The notes beneath the pieces are model-generated. The model was not told where the DNA came from. It ran no database searches and saw only the letters and a list, made by a program, of their open reading frames with translations. A program made the translations under genes and the position numbers. A stretch of 64,000 nucleotides of DNA from Candidatus Marinacidobacterales bacterium. Its GTDB lineage: Bacteria; Acidobacteriota; Vicinamibacteria; Marinacidobacterales; DATDRI01. The stretch is from contig CBDCNP010000002.1 in NCBI GenBank assembly GCA_965219415.1, positions 1,216,001-1,280,000 of the forward strand, read 5' to 3'. The stretch's first letter is position 1; the number at the start of each line of letters is the position of its first letter. Positions 39,071-49,250 of the stretch are shown one piece after another.

Positions 39071-42055
39071 CTAAGAGAGTTTACTCAGGGCTTCCTCGAC
39101 TCGCTTCCGGTCCATGTCGCCATCTTTCCAAAAGTCCACGAAGCGCCGGTAGTACTCGCGGGCCTTGTCCAACTCGCCACGGTTCTCGTGGATCTTGCCG
39201 AGGAAGTAGAAGCTCTGCACGTAGGGGATGGGCCAGAAGATATGCTCGGTGGTGCTTTCGGTGATGCGATAGAACCCCTCGGCCGCCTTCTCCTCCTCCC
39301 CAGCCGCGAGATAGGCCGTGGCCAGGGAAAACCAGACCGGAACATGTTGATGCTGAGGCCGGACCAAAGGGAATGGCGGCAATGGCCCCCGAGCGGGGAG
39401 CATCGACTGAGCCTGTTCGAGCTCCTTGATGGCAAACCTCGCGTCGCCACGGCCGAGGGCCAGTTCGCCGGCAAGGTGGTGGGAGCGCCTTTTCTCCTTC
39501 TCGGTGGGAAGCGATTCTGTTTTCCGCCGCAGTGCCTCGGCGGTGGTCTCGGCACCTTCCCGGTGTCCGAGCCGCGCCTGAGCGAGAGCAGCGAGGAAGA
39601 GGCCCTCCCACTCGGGGAAGTCCCCCTCACCCTCGCGCTGCGCCTGTTGCGCTCGTTCGAGGGCTCGAGCCGCCTGGCCTTTCTCGAGAAGAACACGAGC
39701 GGCATCATTGTCGGCTTGCGCCTTCCTCGTTCCTATTTCGGCGTAGGCACGCGCCCTCTCGAGGAAGGTGAGCCCCTCTCGGGATCGACCCTGGTAAAGC
39801 CGTGTCACCGCAAGGAAGCGCGAGCCCTGGTTGTTCCAGTCTGGCAACTCTTCCAGGCTTTGAGCCGCCGCCTGGGCCCGCTTCCACTCCTCGCGTAGGA
39901 TAAACACCCTCCACATTCCCGCGAGGGCCCAAGGTTCACCCGGGCTTAGCGACTGCGCCTTCTCGAAGGCCGCGAGTGCCTCATCGAGCTTTCCCCAGCC
40001 GGTGAAATGGGCACCGAGGTTGACATGGCCTAGCGAGGTATCCGGGTTGCGCGCGGTGTAATCCTGAAGTGCCTCATATCCCCTGTCAAACTGAGCTCGC
40101 TGGGCAGAGTAGGCGAGTGCCAGTAGCGCAGGCGTGAGCACGAAGGAATACCTGCGCCGACTCAGCTCCTCCAAGTGAATAATGGCCTCGTCAAAGCGCT
40201 CGAGACTGTAATAGCCCAAAGCCAAGTTGAATCGCGCCACGCCGTCGTCTGGGTCAAGCCCCAGCACTTTCTCGTAGGCCTGGATGGAGCGGCCCTTCGT
40301 CCCCTCCTTCCGCCCGTAGTACGCGCCCTCGATGTAATAGCGCTCGCGTGCGGTGAGCCGATCCGCCTGCTCGAGCGCTCGCCTGCGGTACTCGTCGCGT
40401 TCCTTCCGGTTGGCATGGACCTCGGAGAGCCGCAGGAGAGCCATGGCAAAGCCAGGATCCACCTCTAGGGCCTTCTCATAAGGAAGTACGGCCCCCTTAA
40501 ACTTGCCGAGCAGGTGGTATCTTCGCCCCTCCTCATAGTAGCGGTAGGCCTCGACCGAGGATGTGACCAGGTCCTTGATGTCGCGGTCCAACTCGTCCCT
40601 TGCTCCGGCGGAGATCTCGAAGTTCGCCCTGATGCGTCGGGTCAGATCGTCCACCATCGGGAAGATGCTCGACTCCCCAACCCCCTCGACTCTTTCGGTG
40701 GTCAGGATGTCACCGCTACTCGCCTCTTGAAGTCGGACACTAATGCGGATCGTATCGCCCGCCTTGACGAAGCTCCCCAGAACCACGGTGTCCACGCCGC
40801 CACGCTCGGCGACCTCTTGAACCACTTCCAGTGACGTGACCCGCTCGTCCAGTCGTCGCATTTCTTTCAGGATCTGGTAGAGCGTCTCGGTGCCCAGAAC
40901 CTTGACCTGCGGCGACTGCGAGAGGTCGGTGACCAGCATGTCGGTGAGCGCGGTGCGTAGCCAGTCGAGCTCCGGCTCCCCGGTATTGTTCTCGAAATAG
41001 AGCACGGCGAGCGAAGGCTTCGACGGCGTTCCGGAAGGTACGTCCTCGGTGCTCGGCCGCCAGAAAAACAAGATAGCGGCAACCAAAAAGATGACCGCCG
41101 CAACGCCCCCTAGGATGGCCCAGGGCCGGCGGCCTTCCTTGCTCTCCACCACCGGAGCGTGCACCCCCGAGAGGGCGGAGACTGTGCCCGACTCGAGGCG
41201 GCGACGCGCGGTGCGCATATCCACCACCGCGTCTTTCATCGTCTGATAACGCTCACCGGGCTCTTTGGCCAGGCACTTGTCGAGGACACGGCGGATCTCG
41301 CTGCCCGCTTCTTCGGGAACTTCACCTCCGAGCGTGGCGAGGGGTGGTGCCGGCTCCTTCATGATCGCGTGAAGCGTGTCCATCTCCGTGGCACCTTGAA
41401 AAGGAGGCTTCCCGCTTAGCATCTCGTAGAGGACGATGCCGTAGCTGAAGACGTCGCTCCGGTGATCCACCTTGATGCCTCGTGCTTGCTCGGGCGACAT
41501 ATAGGTCACCGTCCCCATGATCTTTCCGGGATCGGTCTCCCTCCGTGTGACGGTCTTCACCTCGCTCGGCCCACCGGTGAGGGGTTCCACCAGCTTCGCC
41601 AAACCGAAGTCGATGATCTTGGCGTGGCCGTCCTCGGTGAGCATGATGTTGCCGGGCTTCAGATCCCGGTGCACGATGCCTTTGTCGTGCGCCAGGGCGA
41701 GTCCTTCCGCCACTTCGATTCCGAGATCCAGTGCGCGCGAAACGGAAAGCCTTTCCTTTTGGATCACGTCGCCCAGCTTGTCGCCACGAATGAGCTCCAT
41801 GGCGATGAAAGTCACGCCTTCGGTTTCGCCGATCTCGTAGATCACGCCGATATGAGGATGCTCGAGTGCCGCGGCCGCTTTCGCTTCTTGCACGAAACGA
41901 CGCTTTCGTTCTTCGTCTTCCACCAGCTCTGGCGGGAGAACCTTGAGGGCCGCTTCGCGGTCGAGCTTGACGTCTACCGCACGGTAGACGACGCCCATTC
42001 CGCCGCGGCTAAGCTCGTCGAGGATCTTGTAATGGGAGAACGTGCGCCCGATCAT
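39071..42055 (-). CDS. Hanks-type Ser/Thr protein kinase with TM, TolB_N-like and TPR domains
   Basis: RGGMGVVY, ALKVL, HRDLKPGN, DFGLAK, GTVTYMSPEQ and SDVFSYG motifs, followed by a TM, SLAVLYFEN and TPRs. Confidence 0.95.
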   Translation of the reverse strand: MIGRTFSHYKILDELSRGGMGVVYRAVDVKLDREAALKVLPPELVEDEERKRRFVQEAKAAAALEHPHIGVIYEIGETEGVTFIAMELIRGDKLGDVIQKERLSVSRALDLGIEVAEGLALAHDKGIVHRDLKPGNIMLTEDGHAKIIDFGLAKLVEPLTGGPSEVKTVTRRETDPGKIMGTVTYMSPEQARGIKVDHRSDVFSYGIVLYEMLSGKPPFQGATEMDTLHAIMKEPAPPLATLGGEVPEEAGSEIRRVLDKCLAKEPGERYQTMKDAVVDMRTARRRLESGTVSALSGVHAPVVESKEGRRPWAILGGVAAVIFLVAAILFFWRPSTEDVPSGTPSKPSLAVLYFENNTGEPELDWLRTALTDMLVTDLSQSPQVKVLGTETLYQILKEMRRLDERVTSLEVVQEVAERGGVDTVVLGSFVKAGDTIRISVRLQEASSGDILTTERVEGVGESSIFPMVDDLTRRIRANFEISAGARDELDRDIKDLVTSSVEAYRYYEEGRRYHLLGKFKGAVLPYEKALEVDPGFAMALLRLSEVHANRKERDEYRRRALEQADRLTARERYYIEGAYYGRKEGTKGRSIQAYEKVLGLDPDDGVARFNLALGYYSLERFDEAIIHLEELSRRRYSFVLTPALLALAYSAQRAQFDRGYEALQDYTARNPDTSLGHVNLGAHFTGWGKLDEALAAFEKAQSLSPGEPWALAGMWRVFILREEWKRAQAAAQSLEELPDWNNQGSRFLAVTRLYQGRSREGLTFLERARAYAEIGTRKAQADNDAARVLLEKGQAARALERAQQAQREGEGDFPEWEGLFLAALAQARLGHREGAETTAEALRRKTESLPTEKEKRRSHHLAGELALGRGDARFAIKELEQAQSMLPARGPLPPFPLVRPQHQHVPVWFSLATAYLAAGEEEKAAEGFYRITESTTEHIFWPIPYVQSFYFLGKIHENRGELDKAREYYRRFVDFWKDGDMDRKRVEEALSKLS

Positions 42056-42286
42056 AGGAAAATCCAATCATAGGAAATCTGACCGTGGCCGCGTGGGCAA
42101 GAACCACTGAGTTCATGTTGGCGAGAGTGCTTCGGCCTCTCGGTACGTCCGGAAAATAGCACATTCGGCGGGGAAAAGGTATGTGTTGCCAAGCGAGAAC
42201 CGTGACGCCACTCCGACGGTTTCTCAAGCGGCGGGTCAGGCCACTCCAGCGGGTCGATGCTCTCTAGAATGTGCTCATTAGTCGCA

Positions 42287-42958
42287 TCAGGCTGCCAGCA
42301 GCTCCCAGTCGTGTTTGACCTGCCACGCAGTAGCGAACGATCCATAGGTTTGACGCGCTAGCTCAGAGGGCGACTGCGTCGGGTCTAGTTCGAGTGCGGC
42401 CCACATGTCTGCCCGGTAGCTCGGACCCATCAGCACGCGGTAACGATACGTCCGATGGCGCTTTGCGAGCTCGGCCGCCGAGAGCACATCGCTCACGCGA
42501 TCACGAAGGACTCCTGCAGGGGCTCGTAGCGGTCCACCAACGAATCGCTCGTCCTCGCCTCTGCGGCGTATCTGAAAAGCCGTCCCCGTCCTGAGAAGAT
42601 CCATGCGCGGACCATCGTACAGCTCGGCAAGACGCACCAGGCGCCGACCGCGGTGCAGCCAACGCGCTACCGCAGCCCAGAAGCACCGTACTCGCGAGCT
42701 TGTCTGAGTGCGAACCGCCCGGATGAGACGATCCGCGTTGATCCATGGATGGTGAATTCCCAGCCACGTGACGAGAACGGCAAGCACCCGTAGATCATCT
42801 CGCTCCATCCCTTCAACCGAGGCAGCTAACAGCGTGTCTTCGATGTTCGGCTCGGCGGTCGCGTCGGCAGCGAAATTCATGCCAACGCCCACCATTGCAG
42901 CTGTGAGCTCTTCGCCGCGGAGAGGCTCGGAGGACACCTCGACACGTTTATACGCCAC
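42287..42958 (-). CDS. Hypothetical protein with possible C-terminal HTH, partner of the DUF6036 nucleotidyltransferase
   Basis: The 223-aa ORF overlaps the end of the upstream gene. Its C-terminal SPSELARQTYGSFATAWQV resembles an HTH. Confidence 0.65.
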   Translation of the reverse strand: MAYKRVEVSSEPLRGEELTAAMVGVGMNFAADATAEPNIEDTLLAASVEGMERDDLRVLAVLVTWLGIHHPWINADRLIRAVRTQTSSRVRCFWAAVARWLHRGRRLVRLAELYDGPRMDLLRTGTAFQIRRRGEDERFVGGPLRAPAGVLRDRVSDVLSAAELAKRHRTYRYRVLMGPSYRADMWAALELDPTQSPSELARQTYGSFATAWQVKHDWELLAA

Positions 42959-43416
42959 GGCCTAGCCTCCTTTGCAGGTCTTCGAGTGTGTCACGGACAT
43001 GAGCAGGCCACTCGACGTTCGCATCCTGTTCCTCTATCCATGGTGCGACGACCTTCAGCTCCTCGTGATTGGGGGCGAGTGCGATGCAGTCGGGAAGATC
43101 GATGCCCCGGTCGCAAAGAGCAAAGAGCTTGCTCCTGAGCATGTCGGTTCGGCCCAGGGCAAACAGTCGCACGGCTCGCCCCTCGAATGCGCTCTGTACA
43201 CGGTCTCTCCAGCCTTCCGGCAGGACCTCCGCGAGGGTCATCGGACCGTTGTTGAGCCAGCTGTCTTTTCGGATGTAGGATGTCGCAGTCGCGGGTCTCC
43301 CGAGAGATCACGTCGAGGAGGCCGAGCGCCGCGCCTCCGACCACAATGGCCTCGAGCGCGAGGCCCCGCTTCGTCAGAAAAGCGTCGAGCCTTGCGAGAG
43401 TCTCCTTGGGTTTCAT
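42948..43416 (-). pseudogene. DUF6036-like (Pol-beta superfamily) nucleotidyltransferase, frameshifted at ~43265 with a probable internal deletion
   Basis: IVVGGAAL....SRETRDCD is in one frame and DSWLNNGP...SKLFALCDRGIDLPDC is in another. Confidence 0.75.
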
Positions 43417-43449
43417 GGTATCATTTTAACTGATACCATCATCAGTCAA
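43415..43449 (-). promoter_or_regulatory. Promoter and palindromic operator overlapping the start codon (probably a leaderless mRNA)
   Basis: The minus strand reads TTGACT-N15-TAAAAT-N6-ATG. A perfect inverted repeat ATGGTATCA-N7-TGATACCAT spans 43415-43439. Confidence 0.7.
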
Positions 43450-43568
43450 CCTCGAAAAGAGTGGCGAACGGGAGCGTGGGCCCTAACTCTTTAAAATAAA
43501 AAGCTTAACCCTCAAGCAAGAATCCGACCGCGTCCGAACACCGGCACGGAAATCCCTAGCCCTGCCCG

Positions 43569-45551
43569 TCAGTCCGTCGAATCCGTGTGCGCACCATTGT
43601 GCTCGGCCAGGAAGGCAACCATCCGATGGTATTGGTCGCGGAGCGACCCGGTGTGGCTAAAGCCGTGCCCCTCCCCGACGTAGGCAACGTAGTCCACCGC
43701 CTTCCCCTCTTTGATCATGGCGTCGTAGAGAGACTCCCCTTGCTCGGGCACAACGCCGGGATCGTCCTGTCCCTGAAGGATGAGGAGCGGGGAGCGGGCT
43801 TCGGCAGCGTAGCGGATCGGTGCCGCGCGTTGCCAAATCCCCGGGTTCTCGGCCGGGTCGCCGAGCTTGGCGAGGACGCGGACGTTGTAGAGCTTCCTGT
43901 CGGGCTGCTCGAGCATGAGCTCCCAGTCGGAAACGCCCACGCGAGAGATCCCGGCGCTACAGACCTCAGGGGCCTTGGTGATCGCCAACATCGTCATGTA
44001 CCCGCCGTAGCTACTTCCCCAACAGGCGATCCGCCCTGGATCCACCCCCACCTCTTTCGCCAGGAACTCCGCGCCGGCCACCACGTCGTCGAGTTCGCCG
44101 CCAGCGTAGTCCCGGTAGTTGGCCCGCTCGAACTCGGCACCGTACCCGATGTGGGTTCCGCGCCAGTTGATGAAGAGCACGCTGTAACCCTGCTGCACCA
44201 GGTACTGGTGGAAAGCGTAGTAGCGCAGCCCTCCCCAACCCTTCAGATTGATGCCGCCCTTACCATGGAAGAAGAGGAGTCCCGGGCCTGACCGGACGTT
44301 CCCGCGAGGTCGTAGGAGAATGGCCGGGACCTCGGTACCATCGCGGCTGGGGTAGCGAACTGCCTCGGGATCGACGAAGCCCGCGGTCATTCCGGGATCG
44401 AGCCTCGACTCCGTCAGGTGAAAAACGGGAGCCCCCGGCGTAGCCTCCTGAACGACGATCTCCGGTGGCTCGGTCGTGCTCGACCGTCGGTAGGCCACGC
44501 GGCTGCCGTCCGGCGACCACGCCGGATTCGTGCAGAAACCATCGGGCGAGATCCGCACCGGCTCGCCACCATCGGCGTCCACCACCCATACGTGTCTTTC
44601 CTCGACGTCGCCGGCACGACTCCCGATGAAGACGATTCGATCCTCGGTGGGGGACCACCGGGGGTGGTAGTCGACGTACGGTCCGGTGGTGATCTCGACC
44701 GGCTCGCCTCCCGCGACGGGGGCGACCCAAACGTGGTTGTAACCGGTGCGGCTCGAAAGATACACGATGCGAGTTCCATCCGGGGAAAAGTGGTGGTTGC
44801 CGTCGAAGCGGAACTCCTCGACACCCCGCTCGTAGGTTTCGGTGACCAATTGTTTTTGCCCCGAGCCGTCGAGGTTGCTGATCCACATCTCGTAGCCCTT
44901 CCAGTCCTCGAACCGCCTGATGAAAACTAGGCGATCCGATGCGGGCGACCAGATGGGAGAGTCCTCGTCCCTCGACGTGGTGGCGATCATCTTCGCCTCA
45001 CCTCCCGACGCGGGTACGATGCCCACGTCGGTCTGGTATCCGAACCCCGCCGGCGAGCCCGGTCGCGCCAGCGAGTCTTCGCGCTGCACGAAGAACGCGA
45101 TGTGCTTTCCGTCCGGCGACCAGTTGAGCACCATCCCTCTCGAGGGATACTTTCCCTCCTCGGTCGTCAAGCGAGCGGGCCGGCCGCCTTCCAACGGGAT
45201 CTTCCAAATGTGATCCTTCGAGACGTACGCGAGATACTTCCCATCCGGGGAAATCGTGGGAACCGACCGGTCCGAAAGGGGCGCCAGCTGCCGGAGCGTT
45301 GGGGCTCCTGGCTGCCCTGGTCCCGTGGCATCCGCGTCCGCCGCCCACAGCTCGCTTTCCCCACCCCGGCTCCAGGAGAAAGACACCTCCCCGCCCCCAG
45401 GCAACCACGCGGGTGCCCCGGTGTCCTTGATCTCGAGGGCATCTTCGATCGTGATCGTGTGTGGCTCACTAGGCCCACCGGCAGTGCAAGCACAGGTCGC
45501 CCCGGCAAGGACCAGGAAGAGAACACAATTAATCCGTTTCCATGCGAGCAT
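43569..45551 (-). CDS. S9-family peptidase (prolyl oligopeptidase/acylaminoacyl peptidase-like) with PD40 propeller
   Basis: WGSSYGG nucleophile, LQGQDD and EGHG triad motifs, WSPDG repeats and a signal peptide. Confidence 0.92.
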   Translation of the reverse strand: MLAWKRINCVLFLVLAGATCACTAGGPSEPHTITIEDALEIKDTGAPAWLPGGGEVSFSWSRGGESELWAADADATGPGQPGAPTLRQLAPLSDRSVPTISPDGKYLAYVSKDHIWKIPLEGGRPARLTTEEGKYPSRGMVLNWSPDGKHIAFFVQREDSLARPGSPAGFGYQTDVGIVPASGGEAKMIATTSRDEDSPIWSPASDRLVFIRRFEDWKGYEMWISNLDGSGQKQLVTETYERGVEEFRFDGNHHFSPDGTRIVYLSSRTGYNHVWVAPVAGGEPVEITTGPYVDYHPRWSPTEDRIVFIGSRAGDVEERHVWVVDADGGEPVRISPDGFCTNPAWSPDGSRVAYRRSSTTEPPEIVVQEATPGAPVFHLTESRLDPGMTAGFVDPEAVRYPSRDGTEVPAILLRPRGNVRSGPGLLFFHGKGGINLKGWGGLRYYAFHQYLVQQGYSVLFINWRGTHIGYGAEFERANYRDYAGGELDDVVAGAEFLAKEVGVDPGRIACWGSSYGGYMTMLAITKAPEVCSAGISRVGVSDWELMLEQPDRKLYNVRVLAKLGDPAENPGIWQRAAPIRYAAEARSPLLILQGQDDPGVVPEQGESLYDAMIKEGKAVDYVAYVGEGHGFSHTGSLRDQYHRMVAFLAEHNGAHTDSTD

Positions 45552-45698
45552 CTGAAGCCTCCCTCTCGGCCAAGGGTGGGACGCTCGGGCGAGCGCCGGT
45601 CACGTTGACGTGCCTGCCCGTGGAGAGTACCTTGTTGCCGGCCCGACATCCACAAGCTCGTGGGAATACCGACTCGATGGATTAGGAGGAGGCACGCT

Positions 45699-47409
45699 TT
45701 GACGTCTCGGCAGCTCGCGATCGCCGCGGCCCTAGCCTGCTTCGTGACCTCCTGTGGGCCCTCCGCTCCCTCGTCGCAGTTCGAGATAACTTTTCCCAAG
45801 GCACTCCATGCAGGGCCGATCACGGGGCGCGTCTACCTGATCCTCTCGCCCGAGCCGAACAGCAACGCCCTTCGGCAGCGGAGTCTCGGGCACCAACCGG
45901 TCACGAACGCGCGGGGCGTCCCCTTCTTCGCGGTCGACGTCGATCGACTCGAACCGGGGCAAGCGGCGGTCATCGATGCGGCCACACTCGGTTATCCCAT
46001 CGAGAGACTCCGAGACCTCCTCGCCGGCGATTACTACGCGCAAGCCCTGTTCAACGTGTACACCGAATTCCACCGAGCCGATGGGCATTCGATATGGGCC
46101 CACATGGATCAATGGGAGGGCCAGCACTTCAATTGGGCGCCCGGGAACCTCTTTAGTAACGAACGGCTCGTGAGCCTGGATCCCGACGCAGGCTACGCGG
46201 TTAAGATCGAAGTGACCGAGAAGCTCCCACCGATCGAGTTGCCCGAGGACGACCCATGGGTCCAGCGAGTGAAGTTCGAGAGCAGACTGCTAACCGAGTT
46301 TTTGGGTCGCCCGATATTCATCGGCGCCACCGTCCTCCTGCCACGTGGCTACGACACACACCCCCGACGTTTACTACCCGACCGTCTACCAGCAAGGGCA
46401 CTTCAGTCTCAATCCCGCGTTCGGTTTCCAAACCGAGCCGGCCGACGAGTCGCCGGCAGCCAAGGCGGCGCGGCTCGAGCGCGGGGTCGAGAACGGATTC
46501 GAGTTCTATCAGTCGTGGCGGAGCGACGACTTCCCGCGGATGATCGCGGTCACTTTCCAACATCCTACACCCTATTTCGATGATTCCTACGCGGTGAACT
46601 CAGCGAACAACGGGCCGTACGCGGACGCGATCCTGACGGAACTGATCCCGTATCTCGAGGAACGATACCGGATGATCCCTCACTCATACGCCCGCATGCT
46701 CACCGGCGGTTCTACCGGCGGGTACGAGGCATTGGCGCTTCAAGTTCATCATCCAACGACTTTCGGCGGCGCCTGGGTATACTATCCAGACCCCATCGAT
46801 TTTCGACAGCTCTTCCTGATCAATATCTACGAGGACGACAACGCTTTCGAAGCGCCAGGATGGAGCCTCAGCCAACTCTCACCGGAGCGCTATGCATTCC
46901 GTGCCGTCGACGGGCAGCCGATTCAGAGTATCCGGGACCTCAGCCGTCTCGCCTCGGTTCTCGGACGCCGAGGGCGATCCACCGACTACTTGGAGGCGTG
47001 GGAGGCCTCGTTTGGACCCGTGGGCGATGACGGTTACCCCAAGCCGCTGTGGGACAAGCGGACCGGAGAGATCGATCGCGAAGTCGCCCTCTACTGGAGA
47101 GACAATGGGTACGACCTCCGATACTACCTCGAGCAAAACTGGCCCCGCATCGGACGAGACTTGGTGGGCAAGCTGCACTTTATCTGCGGAGACATGGACA
47201 ACTACTACTTCAACCAGCCGGTCGACCTCATGGAAGAGTTTCTCGAAAGCACGACCACGCCCTACTACGCCGGCTCGTTCCGGTTTGGGCGGCCGAGTAA
47301 GGGACACGGGTGGACCCCCATCACCAACGCGGAGCTCTTGAAGGAAATGGCGGGTCATATCACAAAGAACACCCCGCCCAACGAAAGCACAAAGCTGTGG
47401 AAGTACTAG
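45699..47409 (+). CDS. Exported alpha/beta-hydrolase (putative esterase), +1 frameshift in the C-run at 46361-46365
   Basis: VTSC lipobox and ATVLLPRGY, then in the shifted frame DDSYAVNSANNGPY, LTGGSTGG, GDMDNYY and GH. Confidence 0.8.
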
Positions 47410-47463
47410 CTGGGGCGATCAGAAAACACGCCTTTCATTCTTCATAACAGGAGAAACATAGAA

Positions 47464-47886
47464 ATGAGTAACCTCAGTGACACGGACCACACAGAAGAGG
47501 AAAGGGCCAATATTGCCCTGGTAAGAACCCATATAGAAGGTTTCGCAGAACACGATATCGAGCGGTCCCTTTCTGTCGTTTCAGATGACGTCGTGGATGA
47601 AGATTTTGGAGAACCTCCCAAGAACGGCCGAGGGGAGCTTGAAGAGGAGATACGGGGATACCTTGCTTCGTTTCCAGATCTGAAATGGAGTATTGACAAT
47701 TTATTTGCTCATGGCGATCAGGTCTTGGTAGAAATCTCGGGAATAGGCACAAGGAGCACGAAGGCCGTAGACGGAGGGAAACCTGGAACGAGGGTGCAAT
47801 TCTGGGTCGCATCGGTGGAGCATGTGCGCGAAGGTAAGATCGATCGTATGCGTGCCTACATTGTCCAAGAGGAGCTTGATAAGTAA
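47464..47886 (+). CDS. SnoaL/NTF2-like ester cyclase family protein
   Basis: ANIALVR, SFPDLKW.I....AHGDQV.VE and VREGKI motifs, with an AGGAGA RBS. Confidence 0.8.
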   Translation: MSNLSDTDHTEEERANIALVRTHIEGFAEHDIERSLSVVSDDVVDEDFGEPPKNGRGELEEEIRGYLASFPDLKWSIDNLFAHGDQVLVEISGIGTRSTKAVDGGKPGTRVQFWVASVEHVREGKIDRMRAYIVQEELDK

Positions 47887-47933
47887 CCGGTCAGCGGGAA
47901 ATTACTCGCTATCACCAGAGCCGATGATGAGCG

Positions 47934-49241
47934 ATGTGGGGACCGGAGCCCTCTAGCCGATTTCATAGGCACCGGCTATTCCTGACGGTACTGCTGTTCA
48001 TCGGGTACGTCGGCTACTATTTCTGCCGCGTGACGCTCCCCGTCGCGCTACCGGTCATCGGCGACATCTTCCAGTATTCCCATACCGAAACCGGCCTCAT
48101 CCTTTCCGCGTACTACACCCTCTATGCCGTCGCGAAACTCGCCAACGGATTCCTGGGTGATCGAATCGGCGGCAAGGTCATGCTACTCGTCGGCATCGCC
48201 GGCTCCGTCGCCTGCAACATCGCGTTCGGCTTTGGGCGCGAGCTGACGTTCTTCGTCTTGATTTGGGCAACCAACGCCTACTTCCAGTCGATGGGTTGGC
48301 TTTCCATCGTGCCCATCATGGCCCGGTGGTACACGAGTAGAGAGACTGGGCGAGTGATGGGAGTCATGTCGCTGAGCTATCAAATCGGAGATTTCGTCGC
48401 CAGAACGTCCGCAGCGTTCTTGATCGTCGCCATCGGCTGGTCGGGCTTGTTTTGGACGCACGCGGCTTTCTTAGCACTAGTCGGAATCGCGCTCGCAACG
48501 TTCGTCAAACCATCGCCGGCGAGGCAGGGGCTTCCCGATATCGACGAATACGCGGCCGTCATCGCCTCGGGGGATCCACAAGAACCCGGTGCCGCTTCCC
48601 GGCGCCACGAGGAGTTGCCAGCTCGGACCGAGGCGAACCGCTGGCTGCGCGGGATGCTTTCGAACAAGTGGTTCTGGGTCGTTTGCCTAAGCTATCTCTT
48701 CCTCTCGATCATTCGGTACATCTTCTGGGGCTGGTCGGTGGATTACCTGATGCAGAGCGGGGCGGGAATTGGAACCGCCGCCCTCACTTCCGCGATCTTC
48801 CCCCTACTGGGCTCGGCGGGCTCGATCACGACGGGTTGGATTTCGGACAGAATGGGCGCGCGACGAGGCCCGGTCTTGGCCATCATGGGTGTACTCTTGA
48901 CCGGTTCCCTCTACTTGTTCAGCCAAGTACCGGGGGATGAGACGATGTGGCTGATGATCTCCTTGGGCCTGGTCGGCTTTACACTCTACGGGCCGTACTC
49001 CTTGCTGGCCGGGGCGGTTGCGATGGATTTCGGGTGGAAGTACTCATCGGCCACCGCGGCGGGGATTATCGACGCGGTCGGGTCGGTGGGGGCGATCCTT
49101 ACCGGAGTCGGGATGGGCTTTCTCATCGACACTTACGGCTGGCAGGACGCGTTCAACATCATCTTGGTCATGGCGGTGGTCTCGAGCTTCTTGAATTTCA
49201 CGCTATGGAACCTTCGTCCGCTCCGCGATGGGCGGGATTAG
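47934..49241 (+). CDS. MFS transporter, OPA (GlpT/UhpC-like) family
   Basis: GYVGYYFCR, YAVAKL.NG.LGDR, FQSMGW, GWISDR and ATAAGIID..G motifs. Confidence 0.88.
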   Translation: MWGPEPSSRFHRHRLFLTVLLFIGYVGYYFCRVTLPVALPVIGDIFQYSHTETGLILSAYYTLYAVAKLANGFLGDRIGGKVMLLVGIAGSVACNIAFGFGRELTFFVLIWATNAYFQSMGWLSIVPIMARWYTSRETGRVMGVMSLSYQIGDFVARTSAAFLIVAIGWSGLFWTHAAFLALVGIALATFVKPSPARQGLPDIDEYAAVIASGDPQEPGAASRRHEELPARTEANRWLRGMLSNKWFWVVCLSYLFLSIIRYIFWGWSVDYLMQSGAGIGTAALTSAIFPLLGSAGSITTGWISDRMGARRGPVLAIMGVLLTGSLYLFSQVPGDETMWLMISLGLVGFTLYGPYSLLAGAVAMDFGWKYSSATAAGIIDAVGSVGAILTGVGMGFLIDTYGWQDAFNIILVMAVVSSFLNFTLWNLRPLRDGRD

Positions 49242-49250
49242 CCGAGGACC

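Noticed and set aside
42051-42077. Short direct repeat ATCATAGGAAA at the kinase start
   Set aside because: It is a local duplication giving an out-of-frame upstream ATG, with no evidence of a mobile-element target site.
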